From the NCBI RefSeq assembly GCF_000017305.1, contig NC_009806.1, positions 150,001-182,000 of the forward strand: DNA of 32,000 nucleotides, given 5' to 3'. Positions 15,849-24,626 of this stretch are shown here, piece by piece. The position numbers and the translations under genes were made by a program. This DNA comes from Kineococcus radiotolerans SRS30216 = ATCC BAA-149. Lineage in GTDB: Bacteria > Actinomycetota > Actinomycetes > Actinomycetales > Kineococcaceae. The notes beneath the pieces are model-generated. The model saw only the letters and a list, made by a program, of their open reading frames with translations, did not search any database and was not told the DNA's origin. Position 1 is the stretch's first letter. Each line of letters starts with the position of its first letter.

Positions 15849-16688
15849 TCAGTGGTCGTCGCGGTCCGCGTCGACGTACAGGTCGACGGTCAGGCGGGCC
15901 GGGCCGCGGCCGGACTCGCGTGCCCACTCCTCGACCATGCTGGCGGCGACTCCTTCGGCCTGCTCGATCGTCGTCGCGCCAGCCTCGGCCCACGTCATCG
16001 CGGCGACGTACGCACCGGAGTCGATCGGAAGGGTGTGCTCGGGGTCGTAGATGGCGATGACGCGGCGGTCCAGGTCGGGAAGTGTCCTGCCGTGCAGATC
16101 GTCCGCGACGGCGGGCTCGTCGTCCTCGCCGTCGTCCTCCTCTTCGTCGTCGTTTTCGTCCTCGTCCCAGCCCTCGGGCTCCGCACCCAGTCGCATGGCC
16201 TCAGGACTCACGCCGTCTTCGGCGGCAGCGAACTGGATGCCGTCATGGTGGGAGAGCGCGTCGATCAGGTCGCTTGCGGCATCGCCCCGCACGACGGTGA
16301 CGACGGTGATGTAGGCGGGTTCTCCATCCTGCGTGGCGTCCGGGTCATGCACGTCGTCCCCACATCCGTCCCCGGCCGTGGCATCCACCCAGGCGCCCTG
16401 CAGGTCCTCGTGGACGGTTGTGCCGCACCGCCCGCACGGCTTCTCGGGGGCCTGGCGGATCGTGACGGTCTCGGTGGAGGGGAGGGGCTCGCCGTTCTCG
16501 CGGAGCACGATCGTCCAGGTGTCGTCCCCGTCGTCGGTGATGGTCACCTCGTCGTAGGTGGTGGGCGGGTAGACCTCGGCGCGCATCTCACTCCACGCGG
16601 TGAGGGCGGCCTCGCGGGTGGGGTGCTGCTCTTCGTGGAGCGTCGCGTTGAACGTGTCCGCGTCCGAGACGGTGAGCGTGTGGGTCAT
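15849..16688 (-). CDS. Highly acidic hypothetical protein (279 aa) with a poly-D/E tract and a Cys cluster
   Basis: EPEGWDEDENDDEEEDDGEDDEPAVADD tract and many further D/E residues. CGRCG...GDGCGDDVHDP. First gene after promoter copy E, with GGAGG upstream of the ATG. Confidence 0.75.
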   Translation of the reverse strand: MTHTLTVSDADTFNATLHEEQHPTREAALTAWSEMRAEVYPPTTYDEVTITDDGDDTWTIVLRENGEPLPSTETVTIRQAPEKPCGRCGTTVHEDLQGAWVDATAGDGCGDDVHDPDATQDGEPAYITVVTVVRGDAASDLIDALSHHDGIQFAAAEDGVSPEAMRLGAEPEGWDEDENDDEEEDDGEDDEPAVADDLHGRTLPDLDRRVIAIYDPEHTLPIDSGAYVAAMTWAEAGATTIEQAEGVAASMVEEWARESGRGPARLTVDLYVDADRDDH

Positions 16689-16705
16689 GGTTTGCCTCCG
16701 GTGGA

Positions 16706-16749
16706 TGGGGGGTCGCTGTCCTCCAACGCAACAAACCATAGCACACTAG
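16706..16749 (-). promoter_or_regulatory. Island promoter/leader cassette, copy E
   Basis: Minus strand CTAGTGTGCTATGGTTT, then GCGTTGGAGG / ACAGCGAC / CCCCCATCC, then CGGAGG and the ATG. Confidence 0.65.
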
Positions 16750-16880
16750 TAAAGACGGTGAGCGGCGCCCGCGAAGCAATCCCCGCGTTGTGCCCCGTAC
16801 GAAGCAGGCATGTTCAAGCTTCCGCGTTCGCGGTCATCCCGCGTTGATGGTGCGTTCTGGCGGTCACCAACTGGACGTGG

Positions 16881-17870
16881 TCATCGCCGCGGCGTGGTCA
16901 GCCGTTGCTCCAGCCAGCGCAACGTCTGCAGCCCCTGCTCGCGCTGCATCACGCGCAATCCAGGGATCGCCGCTACCTCCGGCAGGTGGCCCTCACGCCA
17001 GCACCGCCCCGCCAGACCGGCGAGAGCCACGTTCACGGCGTCGGCAGGAGCATCCGCCCAGCAAGAGGTCTCCAGCAGCTCCTGTGGGTCGTGCCCGTCC
17101 GCGGCCACGTCGGGAGCCAGGCGCACCAGGTCCAGCCAGCCCGGAGCACTCCACCGGTGCGTCCAGTCCACGATGCGCAACCGCCCACCCGGCTCGCGCA
17201 TCACGTTGTCGCGGCGCAGGTCCCCGTGGTGCAACGCCGCCCCAGCCATGAGGGTCGGCAGCCAGCGGCTCTCCAGCTCTGCCAGCTGCTCCACCGCCAC
17301 GTCGACGGGCAACGGACGCCCCCGCACGTGCTCGACGGTTACCGCGCCCGGGTCACCGGGGGCAGGACCGGCGGCCAACGCCTGCCATGTGCCCAGCAAC
17401 GGTGTGAACGCCTCGGCGAAGGGCGTGATCCCTGGCGTGGGGGAAGGGTCGAGGCGCGCACGCATCCGCTTCACCACCTTCAGCAGAGCTGGGAGGTCCT
17501 CACTGCGCCAGGTGCTGACGGTCGCACCGTCCAGCACCTCGTAGGCGGCGACCCGCCAGGAACCGCACGCCATTGATCCCCGCAGCTGCGGCCCGAGGTC
17601 GCCGACGACGTTGGCGAGCGCCGCACCCGCTTCGACGGCCTCACCCATCCCATCGCCGAGGGCAGCAGCCTTGATGAAGAGCCGCCGTCCGCGGGCGTCG
17701 ACGACGGTGGAGGCGATGGAGGCGGTGAACCCCGCCGCCGCAGGGAGCTCCACCACGGGTGGGCCGCCGAGGAAGCCGGCCACCGCCTCACGGACCTCGG
17801 CCGGTGCAGCGGCCAGGGTCGGTCGCAGGACAGCAGGACCCTCAGCTCTCACGACGCCATGCTCCCGCAC
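16881..17870 (-). CDS. Phosphotransferase-family (APH/choline-kinase-like) protein kinase-fold enzyme
   Basis: Catalytic HGDLRRDNVM and metal-binding IVDWTH motifs. The start may be the second GTG at 17852. Confidence 0.8.
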   Translation of the reverse strand: MREHGVVRAEGPAVLRPTLAAAPAEVREAVAGFLGGPPVVELPAAAGFTASIASTVVDARGRRLFIKAAALGDGMGEAVEAGAALANVVGDLGPQLRGSMACGSWRVAAYEVLDGATVSTWRSEDLPALLKVVKRMRARLDPSPTPGITPFAEAFTPLLGTWQALAAGPAPGDPGAVTVEHVRGRPLPVDVAVEQLAELESRWLPTLMAGAALHHGDLRRDNVMREPGGRLRIVDWTHRWSAPGWLDLVRLAPDVAADGHDPQELLETSCWADAPADAVNVALAGLAGRCWREGHLPEVAAIPGLRVMQREQGLQTLRWLEQRLTTPRR

Positions 17871-17985
17871 GCCTCCCCGGCGACTTCACGGTCCTCCCGC
17901 GTTGTGCGCGCTGCCGCGGGCAGTCGGTGACTTCACTCATCTGCCGATCTCCGGGCGGTCGAGCACCGTCCTCTAGGGTCGCCCG

Positions 17986-18645
17986 ATGGTTCAGCAGCAG
18001 TGCGTCGTCTTCGACCTCGACGACACCCTGGTGGCCTCCGACTCCTTCGCCCGCTTCCTGGCCTACCTGCTGCGCCGCTCCCCACCACGCCTGGCCTTGG
18101 TGGCACTCACTGCCCCGGGGTGGGTACTGCTCGGCGCCCGCCGCTCCAGTCGACTGCACGCGGATCGCCTCCTCACCTGGGCCGCCACCGTGGGCCTCAG
18201 CCCCGCCCGCTTCGAGGCGCTCCTGCGCACCTTCGCCGCCCAGCACGCCGCCGTCGAAGGCGGTCGACGCATCACCATCGCGCTGCAGCGCCTCCACGAG
18301 CACCTGGCCGCCGGGGACCGAGTCGTCATCGCCACCGCCTGTGCTGAGCCCTTAGCCCGGGAAGTCTGCAAGGTCCTGAACCTACGAGGCGTCGAGGTCG
18401 TTGCCAGCACCTTCACCGCCCACCGCTGGCGCCTGCCCCACGCCGCGCCCGCCCGCGGCCAGCAGAAGGTTCAGGCCTTGCAGGACGCCGGTATCCAGCT
18501 ACCCGTCGATCACGCCTACTCCGACAGCGTCAACGATCTGCCGCTGCTGCGCGCAGCACGCACCGCCCACCTGGTGCGCCCCTCGAGACGTCACCTGCCC
18601 CTGCTGCTGCGCGAGCTGGGCCCAGAAATTGAGGTCCTCAGATGA
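17986..18645 (+). CDS. HAD-superfamily hydrolase, subfamily IB-like
   Basis: Motif I VVFDLDDTLV and motif IV YSDSVNDLPLL. Confidence 0.8.
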   Translation: MVQQQCVVFDLDDTLVASDSFARFLAYLLRRSPPRLALVALTAPGWVLLGARRSSRLHADRLLTWAATVGLSPARFEALLRTFAAQHAAVEGGRRITIALQRLHEHLAAGDRVVIATACAEPLAREVCKVLNLRGVEVVASTFTAHRWRLPHAAPARGQQKVQALQDAGIQLPVDHAYSDSVNDLPLLRAARTAHLVRPSRRHLPLLLRELGPEIEVLR

Positions 18646-18897
18646 GTACCAGCCGCCGATGCCGCGTTCGGGGTCAGCCCGCGTTGTGTGCGGTCCCTAG
18701 CGGTTGGCGACGACCTCACATGCCGAAAGGCGCGCAATCGCGTGGACTGGGCAGCGCCCGCCCTGCGGGGACGAGATGGTCCAGCTTGGGGGGCGCCTTC
18801 GGGTACGTAGTCAATCAGGACAACAATGTGACGAAACCATTGCAACCCTCGGTCAGGCAGGCATACGTCGCGTCGAGATGGACAATGGGGTGGAAGG

Positions 18898-19686
18898 CTA
18901 AGCCTTCTCGTAGGTCGTGATTTCTAGGCCCAGGCCAGTGTTGTCCCTCCCGTAGACGCGAAGAACCGAATATCGACCGTCACTCGTGTAGACGCACATC
19001 CATGCGCCAGTCGCGAGGTCAGCTGCCTTAACGTAATTGAATGTGTATGTTCGAGTCGACGAACAGCTCTTGTAATCGGCCACAGTGTTGCCGAGGTAGG
19101 CAATCTTGGCTGGGCTGGCGATGCGGAGGTCACCGTCAACGTTGGTGTAAGCGATGTCCTGGGCTTCCTGCAGTAAAGGATTCCACCCATAAATAGATTC
19201 TTTTACGTCCAAGTCCAGCCCAGAATTGTCGGGGCGTAGGACAGCCTGACCGGTGTGCCGGATCGCAGGATCCATTGAGATGCTCTCTGGTGCAGTACCG
19301 ACGACAGCATCCACTTGGGCTTGCAAAGTTTCGTTCGCCGCGGTCAGGGATGAAACACGGGTCGTCAGGTCACCGACTTGGTTTTTAAGATCGTCGATGG
19401 TCGTGCGCTGGCCCGCGATGGTGTCGTCGCGCTGTTGAACAGTCTGATTGCGCTCGGTGAGCTGCGTCTGAAGCCGCGATGCGTCGTCAGACTTATCCTT
19501 AATCACCCAGCCGAGCACGATCACGATTACACCTAGCCCGGTGGCGACCCATTGGATCCACTTGCCGCTCTCGTCACGCATCCCCGCAATGCGTGCGTAC
19601 CAACGTGGTCGCGGCGCTGGCGTGGGAGGCGTGGGAGGCGTGGGGGTGGGGGTAGGTGTACCGCCCGTGCCGCCAGCTGTGCTCAT
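18898..19686 (-). CDS. Membrane-anchored coiled-coil protein with a C-terminal beta-rich domain, in a low-GC patch
   Basis: PT-rich N-terminus, TM helix WIQWVATGLGVIVIVLGWVI, and a heptad-like region LQTQLTERNQTVQQRDD...LTAANETLQAQV. CAGGAGC lies upstream of the ATG at 19686. Confidence 0.7.
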   Translation of the reverse strand: MSTAGGTGGTPTPTPTPPTPPTPAPRPRWYARIAGMRDESGKWIQWVATGLGVIVIVLGWVIKDKSDDASRLQTQLTERNQTVQQRDDTIAGQRTTIDDLKNQVGDLTTRVSSLTAANETLQAQVDAVVGTAPESISMDPAIRHTGQAVLRPDNSGLDLDVKESIYGWNPLLQEAQDIAYTNVDGDLRIASPAKIAYLGNTVADYKSCSSTRTYTFNYVKAADLATGAWMCVYTSDGRYSVLRVYGRDNTGLGLEITTYEKA

Positions 19687-19898
19687 CGTGCTCCTGTTGC
19701 TCCATGTGGGTGTGCTGAGCACACGGTAGGGGACGGGTCCGACGCGACCGCGCGGTTACGTGAATCTGCATACGAAGGTGGCAGCAGGTAGGCGGAAGCG
19801 GTCGCGAGGCATAACCGGACCGTAGCGGGACAGTTGCCCGCGTCCACCACATCGCCGGCGCGGCCGAGACGGCCTCCGGATGTCGTTGCAGTGGCAGG

Positions 19899-20399
19899 GT
19901 GGCTGCCATGTCGAAGCGGGTGCCGCTCAGGGGCGAGGAGAAGGCGAGCCTGCACATCAGCCTCGACCGTCACCGCGACGCCGTCTTGTGGAAGCTGGAA
20001 GGGCTCGACGAGGAGCAGTTGCGCCGGCCCATGACACCGACAGGCACCAACCTGCTGGGGCTGGTGAAGCACCTCGCCGGGGTCGAGTACGAGTGGCTGC
20101 CCAAGACCTACGGCCGAGCGACCGAGCCGCTGGAGACCGACGTCGTCGCCGACATGAACGCCGGCCCGCACGAGTCCACCGCCGACATCGTCGCTTTCTA
20201 TGGACGCGCCCGGGCCGCGTCCGATGCGGTGATCGCGGAGCATGGCATCGATGACGTCGGCACGGCGTGGTTCGGTGAGCAGGTCAGCCTGCGTCGGGTT
20301 CTCATCGGCTTGGTCGAGGAGACCGCTCGCCACGCCGGGCACATGGACATCCTGCGCGAGCTCATCGACGGAGCCATCGGAAGCCACCGGCCGGACTGA
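19899..20399 (+). CDS. DinB-superfamily protein (DUF664 / mycothiol-transferase-like)
   Basis: HISLDRHRDAVLWKLEGLDEEQL...NLLGLVKHLAGVE...ARHAGHMDILRELIDG, the His triad pattern of DinB-fold proteins. Confidence 0.8.
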   Translation: MAAMSKRVPLRGEEKASLHISLDRHRDAVLWKLEGLDEEQLRRPMTPTGTNLLGLVKHLAGVEYEWLPKTYGRATEPLETDVVADMNAGPHESTADIVAFYGRARAASDAVIAEHGIDDVGTAWFGEQVSLRRVLIGLVEETARHAGHMDILRELIDGAIGSHRPD

Positions 20400-20516
20400 G
20401 CATTGGGCGCGGCTTGACACACCTGTCTGTTGATCGCACGGCCATGCCGCCGTCCGCGCTATCGGCGGCCAGCTCGCGGACGCGGAGCGTGACATGCCGG
20501 GCGGGCGGGGGCACCC

Positions 20517-20827
20517 CTAGATGCGCGCGCCGGGGTCGTCTGGCAGGGCATCGAGCATGGCGATGCCGTCTTCCGGGGTGACCTGCAGCCGCCCCATCTG
20601 AGCGGCGTCGTCCCAGACCAGAAGACCGAAAATCTCGAAGTCAGCCAGGCACTGCGCGGCGGCGAGGTCGTCGACCTGCCCCTCGACGTGGAAGCTATGC
20701 AGCGACTCCCAGTAGGGCGGGACGCCGGGTTGCGCCATCCGCCACGGCGTGATGCCGAAGCGCGGTACTCCTCGAAAGACAGGCCGAGGGTCTGTGCTGG
20801 GAGGTCGATCGTCGGGCTGTCGCTCAT
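20517..20827 (-). pseudogene. Hypothetical gene with an apparent -1 frame break near 20760
   Basis: The ATG at 20827 has an AGGAG RBS and good codon bias for about 22 codons (MSDSPTIDLPAQTLGLSFEEYR). The bias then moves to the -1 frame (FGITPWRMAQPGVPPYWESLHSFHVEG...DDPGARI*), which ends at 20517. Confidence 0.5.
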
Positions 20828-20867
20828 GGCACAAGTCTCCTGGTCGGATCGGTGCTGGCGTGGTTGA

Positions 20868-21059
20868 TCAACGGCGCGCGTCGCGGCGGCGCCGTTCCTC
20901 TTGGACGAGGTCCGTGGTCCCCACCAACAGGAACGGGATCCCGAACACGATGGGAATGACGAACAGGACCTGGGCGGGGCTGGTGATGGTGAGGTGCCAG
21001 AAGACGCCGAATGCGGTCAGGGCGAGTCCAGCGACGGCGAGTAGGGCGTGGCGCTTCAC
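20868..21059 (-). CDS. Small two-TM membrane protein (63 aa)
   Basis: Two hydrophobic helices followed by a basic tail EERRRRDARR. CAGGAGC lies 7 nt upstream of the GTG. Confidence 0.6.
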   Translation of the reverse strand: MKRHALLAVAGLALTAFGVFWHLTITSPAQVLFVIPIVFGIPFLLVGTTDLVQEERRRRDARR

Positions 21060-21089
21060 GAGAGCTCCTGGGTCTGTGCGGGTGGGCGG

Positions 21090-21305
21090 TCAGATGATCG
21101 CGGCCTGGACGATGCGCCGGCATGCCGTCAGGACGGCGCCGGCGGCGTTCTGGTCGGGCAGGCGCGTCCCGGGGTCAGCGTCGTCCTTGGCCGCGGTGTA
21201 GAGGGTCTCGGCGTACTCGGTCACCAGCTCAGCCTGCTCGGCGGTGACACGGATGACTCGGGACCCGTCGGCGCGGCGGTTGGCGACGTCGAGGGCGTCG
21301 AACAC
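21090..21305 (-). CDS. Hypothetical small protein (71 aa)
   Basis: ORF with good G/C bias at third codon positions but no obvious SD. Confidence 0.45.
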   Translation of the reverse strand: MFDALDVANRRADGSRVIRVTAEQAELVTEYAETLYTAAKDDADPGTRLPDQNAAGAVLTACRRIVQAAII

Positions 21306-21450
21306 CGCGGAGTGGACGACGTCGAGGGGAGCCTGTGGCGCGGGCGGGGATGCGGAGCTGGTGTGTAGTCACGCTGGGCTCCTCGCTGTCGATGCCGACG
21401 GGTGCGGTGCCGCGCCAGAGCTCGTCGGCCCCGGCGCGGCGGTCAGGCAG

Positions 21451-21894
21451 TCAGTGGACGAGACGCCAGCCGAACCCGTAGTCGATGTCCGCGCGGCCCT
21501 GCTTCTGGAGCTGGAGGAGACCGGCGCGGAGGGTGTCGACATCGATGCCGGTGCGCTCGACCAGTACGCCGAACGCGATGGGGTCACGATGCAGGCACCC
21601 GACGATGCGGTCGAGGGTGTCGGCGGGCAGGGGCGCGGCGGGCGGCTCGAAGGTGCCGCGTGCGCCTTCCGGCTCGACGACCTCGACGAGCGCCCATCCT
21701 TCGTTCACCTCGTCCTGGGAGTGCTGGGGGGACCACTGCTCGATGCCGCACGACCTGCCGGTGCGCTTCACGACGCGGCGCGCGGCGGCCTTCGTGTTGG
21801 CGCGGGTGTCGTAGCCCCTGGATTCGCCGTCGGCGGTGAGGGTGCGCCACACCCTGCTGGGGGCGGCGGTGTTGGTGGCGGTCTGAGCGGTCAC
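21451..21894 (-). CDS. Hypothetical protein (147 aa) with a possible C-terminal winged helix
   Basis: The C-terminus LDRIVGCLHRDPIAFGVLVERTGIDVDTLRAGLLQLQKQGRADIDYGFGWRLV looks like a wHTH. Confidence 0.65.
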   Translation of the reverse strand: MTAQTATNTAAPSRVWRTLTADGESRGYDTRANTKAAARRVVKRTGRSCGIEQWSPQHSQDEVNEGWALVEVVEPEGARGTFEPPAAPLPADTLDRIVGCLHRDPIAFGVLVERTGIDVDTLRAGLLQLQKQGRADIDYGFGWRLVH

Positions 21895-21976
21895 GATAGG
21901 GCTCCAAGGGCTCGCTGGCGGGCGTTGCGGGATGCGATGAGGTTGAGGCCGGTGTCGGCCAGGCCGTCCGGAGGCG

Positions 21977-22288
21977 TCAGAGGGAGAAGACGCGGTTGAC
22001 CAAGCCGGGGTCGTCGCAGGCGGTCACCCTTGCCTCATAGGTCGCGTCGTCGCAGCGGCCGGTGCCGGTGAAGGGGTAGATGTGCTCCATGACCCACTCG
22101 TCGTACTCGGCGGCCCTCTCGTCGAGGGTGGGCGGCGCGGGGATCGTCTCGTCGTCGACGGTGGTGACGACGACCTCGTCGGCGTAGGCGTTCTCGACGC
22201 GCAGGCTCACGGTGATCGTCCGAGGCGGCAGGACGCTCCGCGCGGTGCCGGTGGATGCCTGCTCGGCGGGGGTGGTCGGGGTGGTCAT
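21977..22288 (-). CDS. Hypothetical protein (103 aa)
   Basis: First gene after promoter copy F, with CGGAGGAACC immediately before the ATG. Confidence 0.7.
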   Translation of the reverse strand: MTTPTTPAEQASTGTARSVLPPRTITVSLRVENAYADEVVVTTVDDETIPAPPTLDERAAEYDEWVMEHIYPFTGTGRCDDATYEARVTACDDPGLVNRVFSL

Positions 22289-22297
22289 GGTTCCTCC

Positions 22298-22347
22298 GGT
22301 AGATGGGGGGTCGCTGTCCTCCAACACCACAAACCATAGCACACTAG
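22298..22347 (-). promoter_or_regulatory. Island promoter/leader cassette, copy F
   Basis: Minus strand CTAGTGTGCTATGGTTT, then GGTGTTGGAGG / ACAGCGAC / CCCCCATCTACC. The core overlaps the palindrome CACACTA-G-TAGTGTG at 22340-22354. Confidence 0.7.
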
Positions 22348-22434
22348 TAGTGTGTCGGCATCTCATCGACACCCACGAAGCGGGCACCAGATGCAGACGA
22401 CCGGCGCTCGCTGTCGCGCCCCGGGTGGAGCCGC

Positions 22435-23061
22435 TCAGCGGCCGTCGCGCAGGATCTGGCGCTCGAAGACCATGTGCAGGTCGGCCTCGGTGTTCGCGGC
22501 CGTCTCGGTGGCCTCGGCGGCGTCCGCCGTGACCGGCTGCTCCTCGTCAGCTTCACCGGCTTCCTCGGCGGCGGGGTGGTCCGCACACCACCCGTCGTCG
22601 TCCAACGTCCCCGGCGCCACCTGCTCGAAGCACCCCTGGCACTCCGGCTCCGTCGCGTGGAGCTCGGGCAGCTCACGACCCGTAGCGAGCCTGAACCGCT
22701 CCCGGTAGGACCAGGCTCGATCCCCGTCGGCCACGCTCGGGCGGTTGGAGACCGTCAGGATGCTCGCCACGCTGCCCAGGAAGTCCGCGCCGCCGTCCCA
22801 GGTCGGGGTGGTCCCCAGCAGGGCCGCGAGGTGGTCCACGGTGAGGCGGTCGGCCAGGAGGGCGGCGTGCTCGTCGGCGGGGACGGTCACCACACCGCCG
22901 GCGACGCGGGCCGCGACGGCGTGCGTCGCGTCGTCCACCACTCGGTCAGCGTCGGCCACGTCGGCGGGCAGCGCACCCACGTCGGCCAGGGCGGCGCGGA
23001 TCGCGTCGTTCAGCGCGGCGAGTTGGTCGGAGGTGAAGACGGGGGAGGTGGTCGTGGTCAC
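22435..23061 (-). CDS. Hypothetical acidic protein (208 aa)
   Basis: Good codon bias. CQGC...WCADH Cys/His cluster and an acidic tail. Confidence 0.65.
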   Translation of the reverse strand: MTTTTSPVFTSDQLAALNDAIRAALADVGALPADVADADRVVDDATHAVAARVAGGVVTVPADEHAALLADRLTVDHLAALLGTTPTWDGGADFLGSVASILTVSNRPSVADGDRAWSYRERFRLATGRELPELHATEPECQGCFEQVAPGTLDDDGWCADHPAAEEAGEADEEQPVTADAAEATETAANTEADLHMVFERQILRDGR

Positions 23062-23138
23062 GGCGGGGTGTGCTCCTGTCGGGTGGGGGGTCGGGGCCGG
23101 CTACGCGGTCCGGGATGAGGTGGTGCGGGCGGGGGGCG

Positions 23139-23753
23139 TCAGGCGGTGGGGGCGTACACGCGGTCGTTGCGGCACGCGAAGTCGTGCGCGGCCTGGTCGT
23201 CGTGACCTTCGGCGCGGTGCGCGACGTAGGCGCACTGGAACCCGACCCACCTACGGAACTCGGCCACGGCGTCGTCGTGCGGCTGCCCACCCCACCGGCC
23301 GACGAACGCGATGCCCTCGGACACGTCCGCGTCGTCGTGCGGGTCCAGTGCGGCCTTGACCGCGTTCAGCCGCAGCTTGGCGTCCAGCTCGGCGCGCGGG
23401 ACGTACCGATACGACGACGTGCTGCGGTGCGAGCCGTCCGGGCGGATCGTGATGGACTGCCACGACGGGCCGTCCGCCTCCGGGGCCAGCCACGCCACCG
23501 TGGTCCATCCTCGCAGGGTGACGGTCACTGGGGTCATCCCCTCGGTCTGCGCGGCGGCGGCCCACGTCGTGACCTGCTCCGCGACGGCCTCACGCGCTTC
23601 GGCGGCGGTCTTGCGGGTCGCGACGAAGGGGCCGAACCGCACCTCCGAACCGGTGACCTGGCTGGTGTAGTCGGGGGCGAGGGTGGTCTTGCCGCGCTCG
23701 TGGACGGCCTCGACGGTGAGCTTCACGGCGTTGCGGGAGGTGGGGAAGTACAT
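23139..23753 (-). CDS. Hypothetical protein (204 aa)
   Basis: GAAGGAGC lies upstream of the ATG. Good codon bias. Confidence 0.7.
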   Translation of the reverse strand: MYFPTSRNAVKLTVEAVHERGKTTLAPDYTSQVTGSEVRFGPFVATRKTAAEAREAVAEQVTTWAAAAQTEGMTPVTVTLRGWTTVAWLAPEADGPSWQSITIRPDGSHRSTSSYRYVPRAELDAKLRLNAVKAALDPHDDADVSEGIAFVGRWGGQPHDDAVAEFRRWVGFQCAYVAHRAEGHDDQAAHDFACRNDRVYAPTA

Positions 23754-23802
23754 GGTGTGCTCCTTCGTGTCGTGGTGGCCCGGTTCGCTGCGGGCGGTGG
23801 GG

Positions 23803-23829
23803 CCGCCCCGGTCGTCTGTGCCGGGGCGG
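23803..23829 (-). terminator. GC-rich hairpin after the first gene of operon G
   Basis: CCGCCCCGG-TCGTCTGTG-CCGGGGCGG (9-bp stem), lying 12 nt downstream of the stop at 23841. Confidence 0.4.
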
Positions 23830-23840
23830 GGTCGAGCTAG

Positions 23841-24602
23841 TCAGGCGGCGCGGAGCTTGCCGGCCTTCTTGCTCGCCTTCGCCTGAGCGGCCGTCAGCAG
23901 CTCACGCGCATCTGTCCCCTGCTTCGCGGCCAGGGCCAGCGCGGCGCGGCCAGCGAATGCGGACCATCCGACGGCGTAGGGGTGGTCCTCGCCGTACCAG
24001 GCCAGGTCGAACAGGACTTCGGCGAGCTTGCGCTGCGCGGCGACCGCGGTCTTGACCGGGCGGCCCTCGTCATCCAGCAGCGGGGAACCGTCGGCTGCGG
24101 TGATGGTTTTCTCGGCGGCCTTGGCGCGCTTCGCGGCCAGTCCGGCGGCGCGTTCAGCCTGCTCGGCGCGGTCGCGCAGCTCGTCGGCGGTGAACACGGT
24201 GCGGGGGGTCACCGGGGCGCCGGGGAAGCAGACGGTGCAGGCGTCCTCCCCGATCACGTTGACCACGGCGTCGTGGTCGAGGCCGGATAGGTCCGCCAGG
24301 ACGGCGAACCGGGTGGTGACGTAGCAGGTGGAGCACGAGGTGGAGGCGTGGACGTGACCCTTGCCGTTGGTGATCGCCAGGTAGGTGCGGGTCCAGCCGC
24401 TGCGGCGGTCCCATTCGCCGCGGTACGGGGCCTCGGCGGCGGTGGCGACTGCGACTGCGGCCTCGCGGCGGGCGATGACTGCCTCGGTGCCGTGGATGCT
24501 CTGGCGGGCGACGGACAGGCCGGTCTCGGCGTTCTGAGTAGCGGCCATGAGGGGGAACCATGCCGCGTCGATCTCGGCGGGGGTGGCGGTGGTGAGGTTC
24601 AT
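23841..24602 (-). CDS. Hypothetical protein (253 aa) with a GHVH...SCSTC...ACTVCFP Cys/His motif
   Basis: The TNGKGHVHASTSCSTCYVTTRF...DACTVCFPGAPV pattern is one I recall from actinomycete plasmid/phage hypothetical proteins. First gene after copy G. Confidence 0.7.
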   Translation of the reverse strand: MNLTTATPAEIDAAWFPLMAATQNAETGLSVARQSIHGTEAVIARREAAVAVATAAEAPYRGEWDRRSGWTRTYLAITNGKGHVHASTSCSTCYVTTRFAVLADLSGLDHDAVVNVIGEDACTVCFPGAPVTPRTVFTADELRDRAEQAERAAGLAAKRAKAAEKTITAADGSPLLDDEGRPVKTAVAAQRKLAEVLFDLAWYGEDHPYAVGWSAFAGRAALALAAKQGTDARELLTAAQAKASKKAGKLRAA

Positions 24603-24626
24603 GGTGGTCCTCCGTGGTGCGGCCCG

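Noticed and set aside
15780-16847. 355-aa plus-strand ORF
   Set aside because: It is antisense to the acidic-protein gene and runs straight through cassette copy E.
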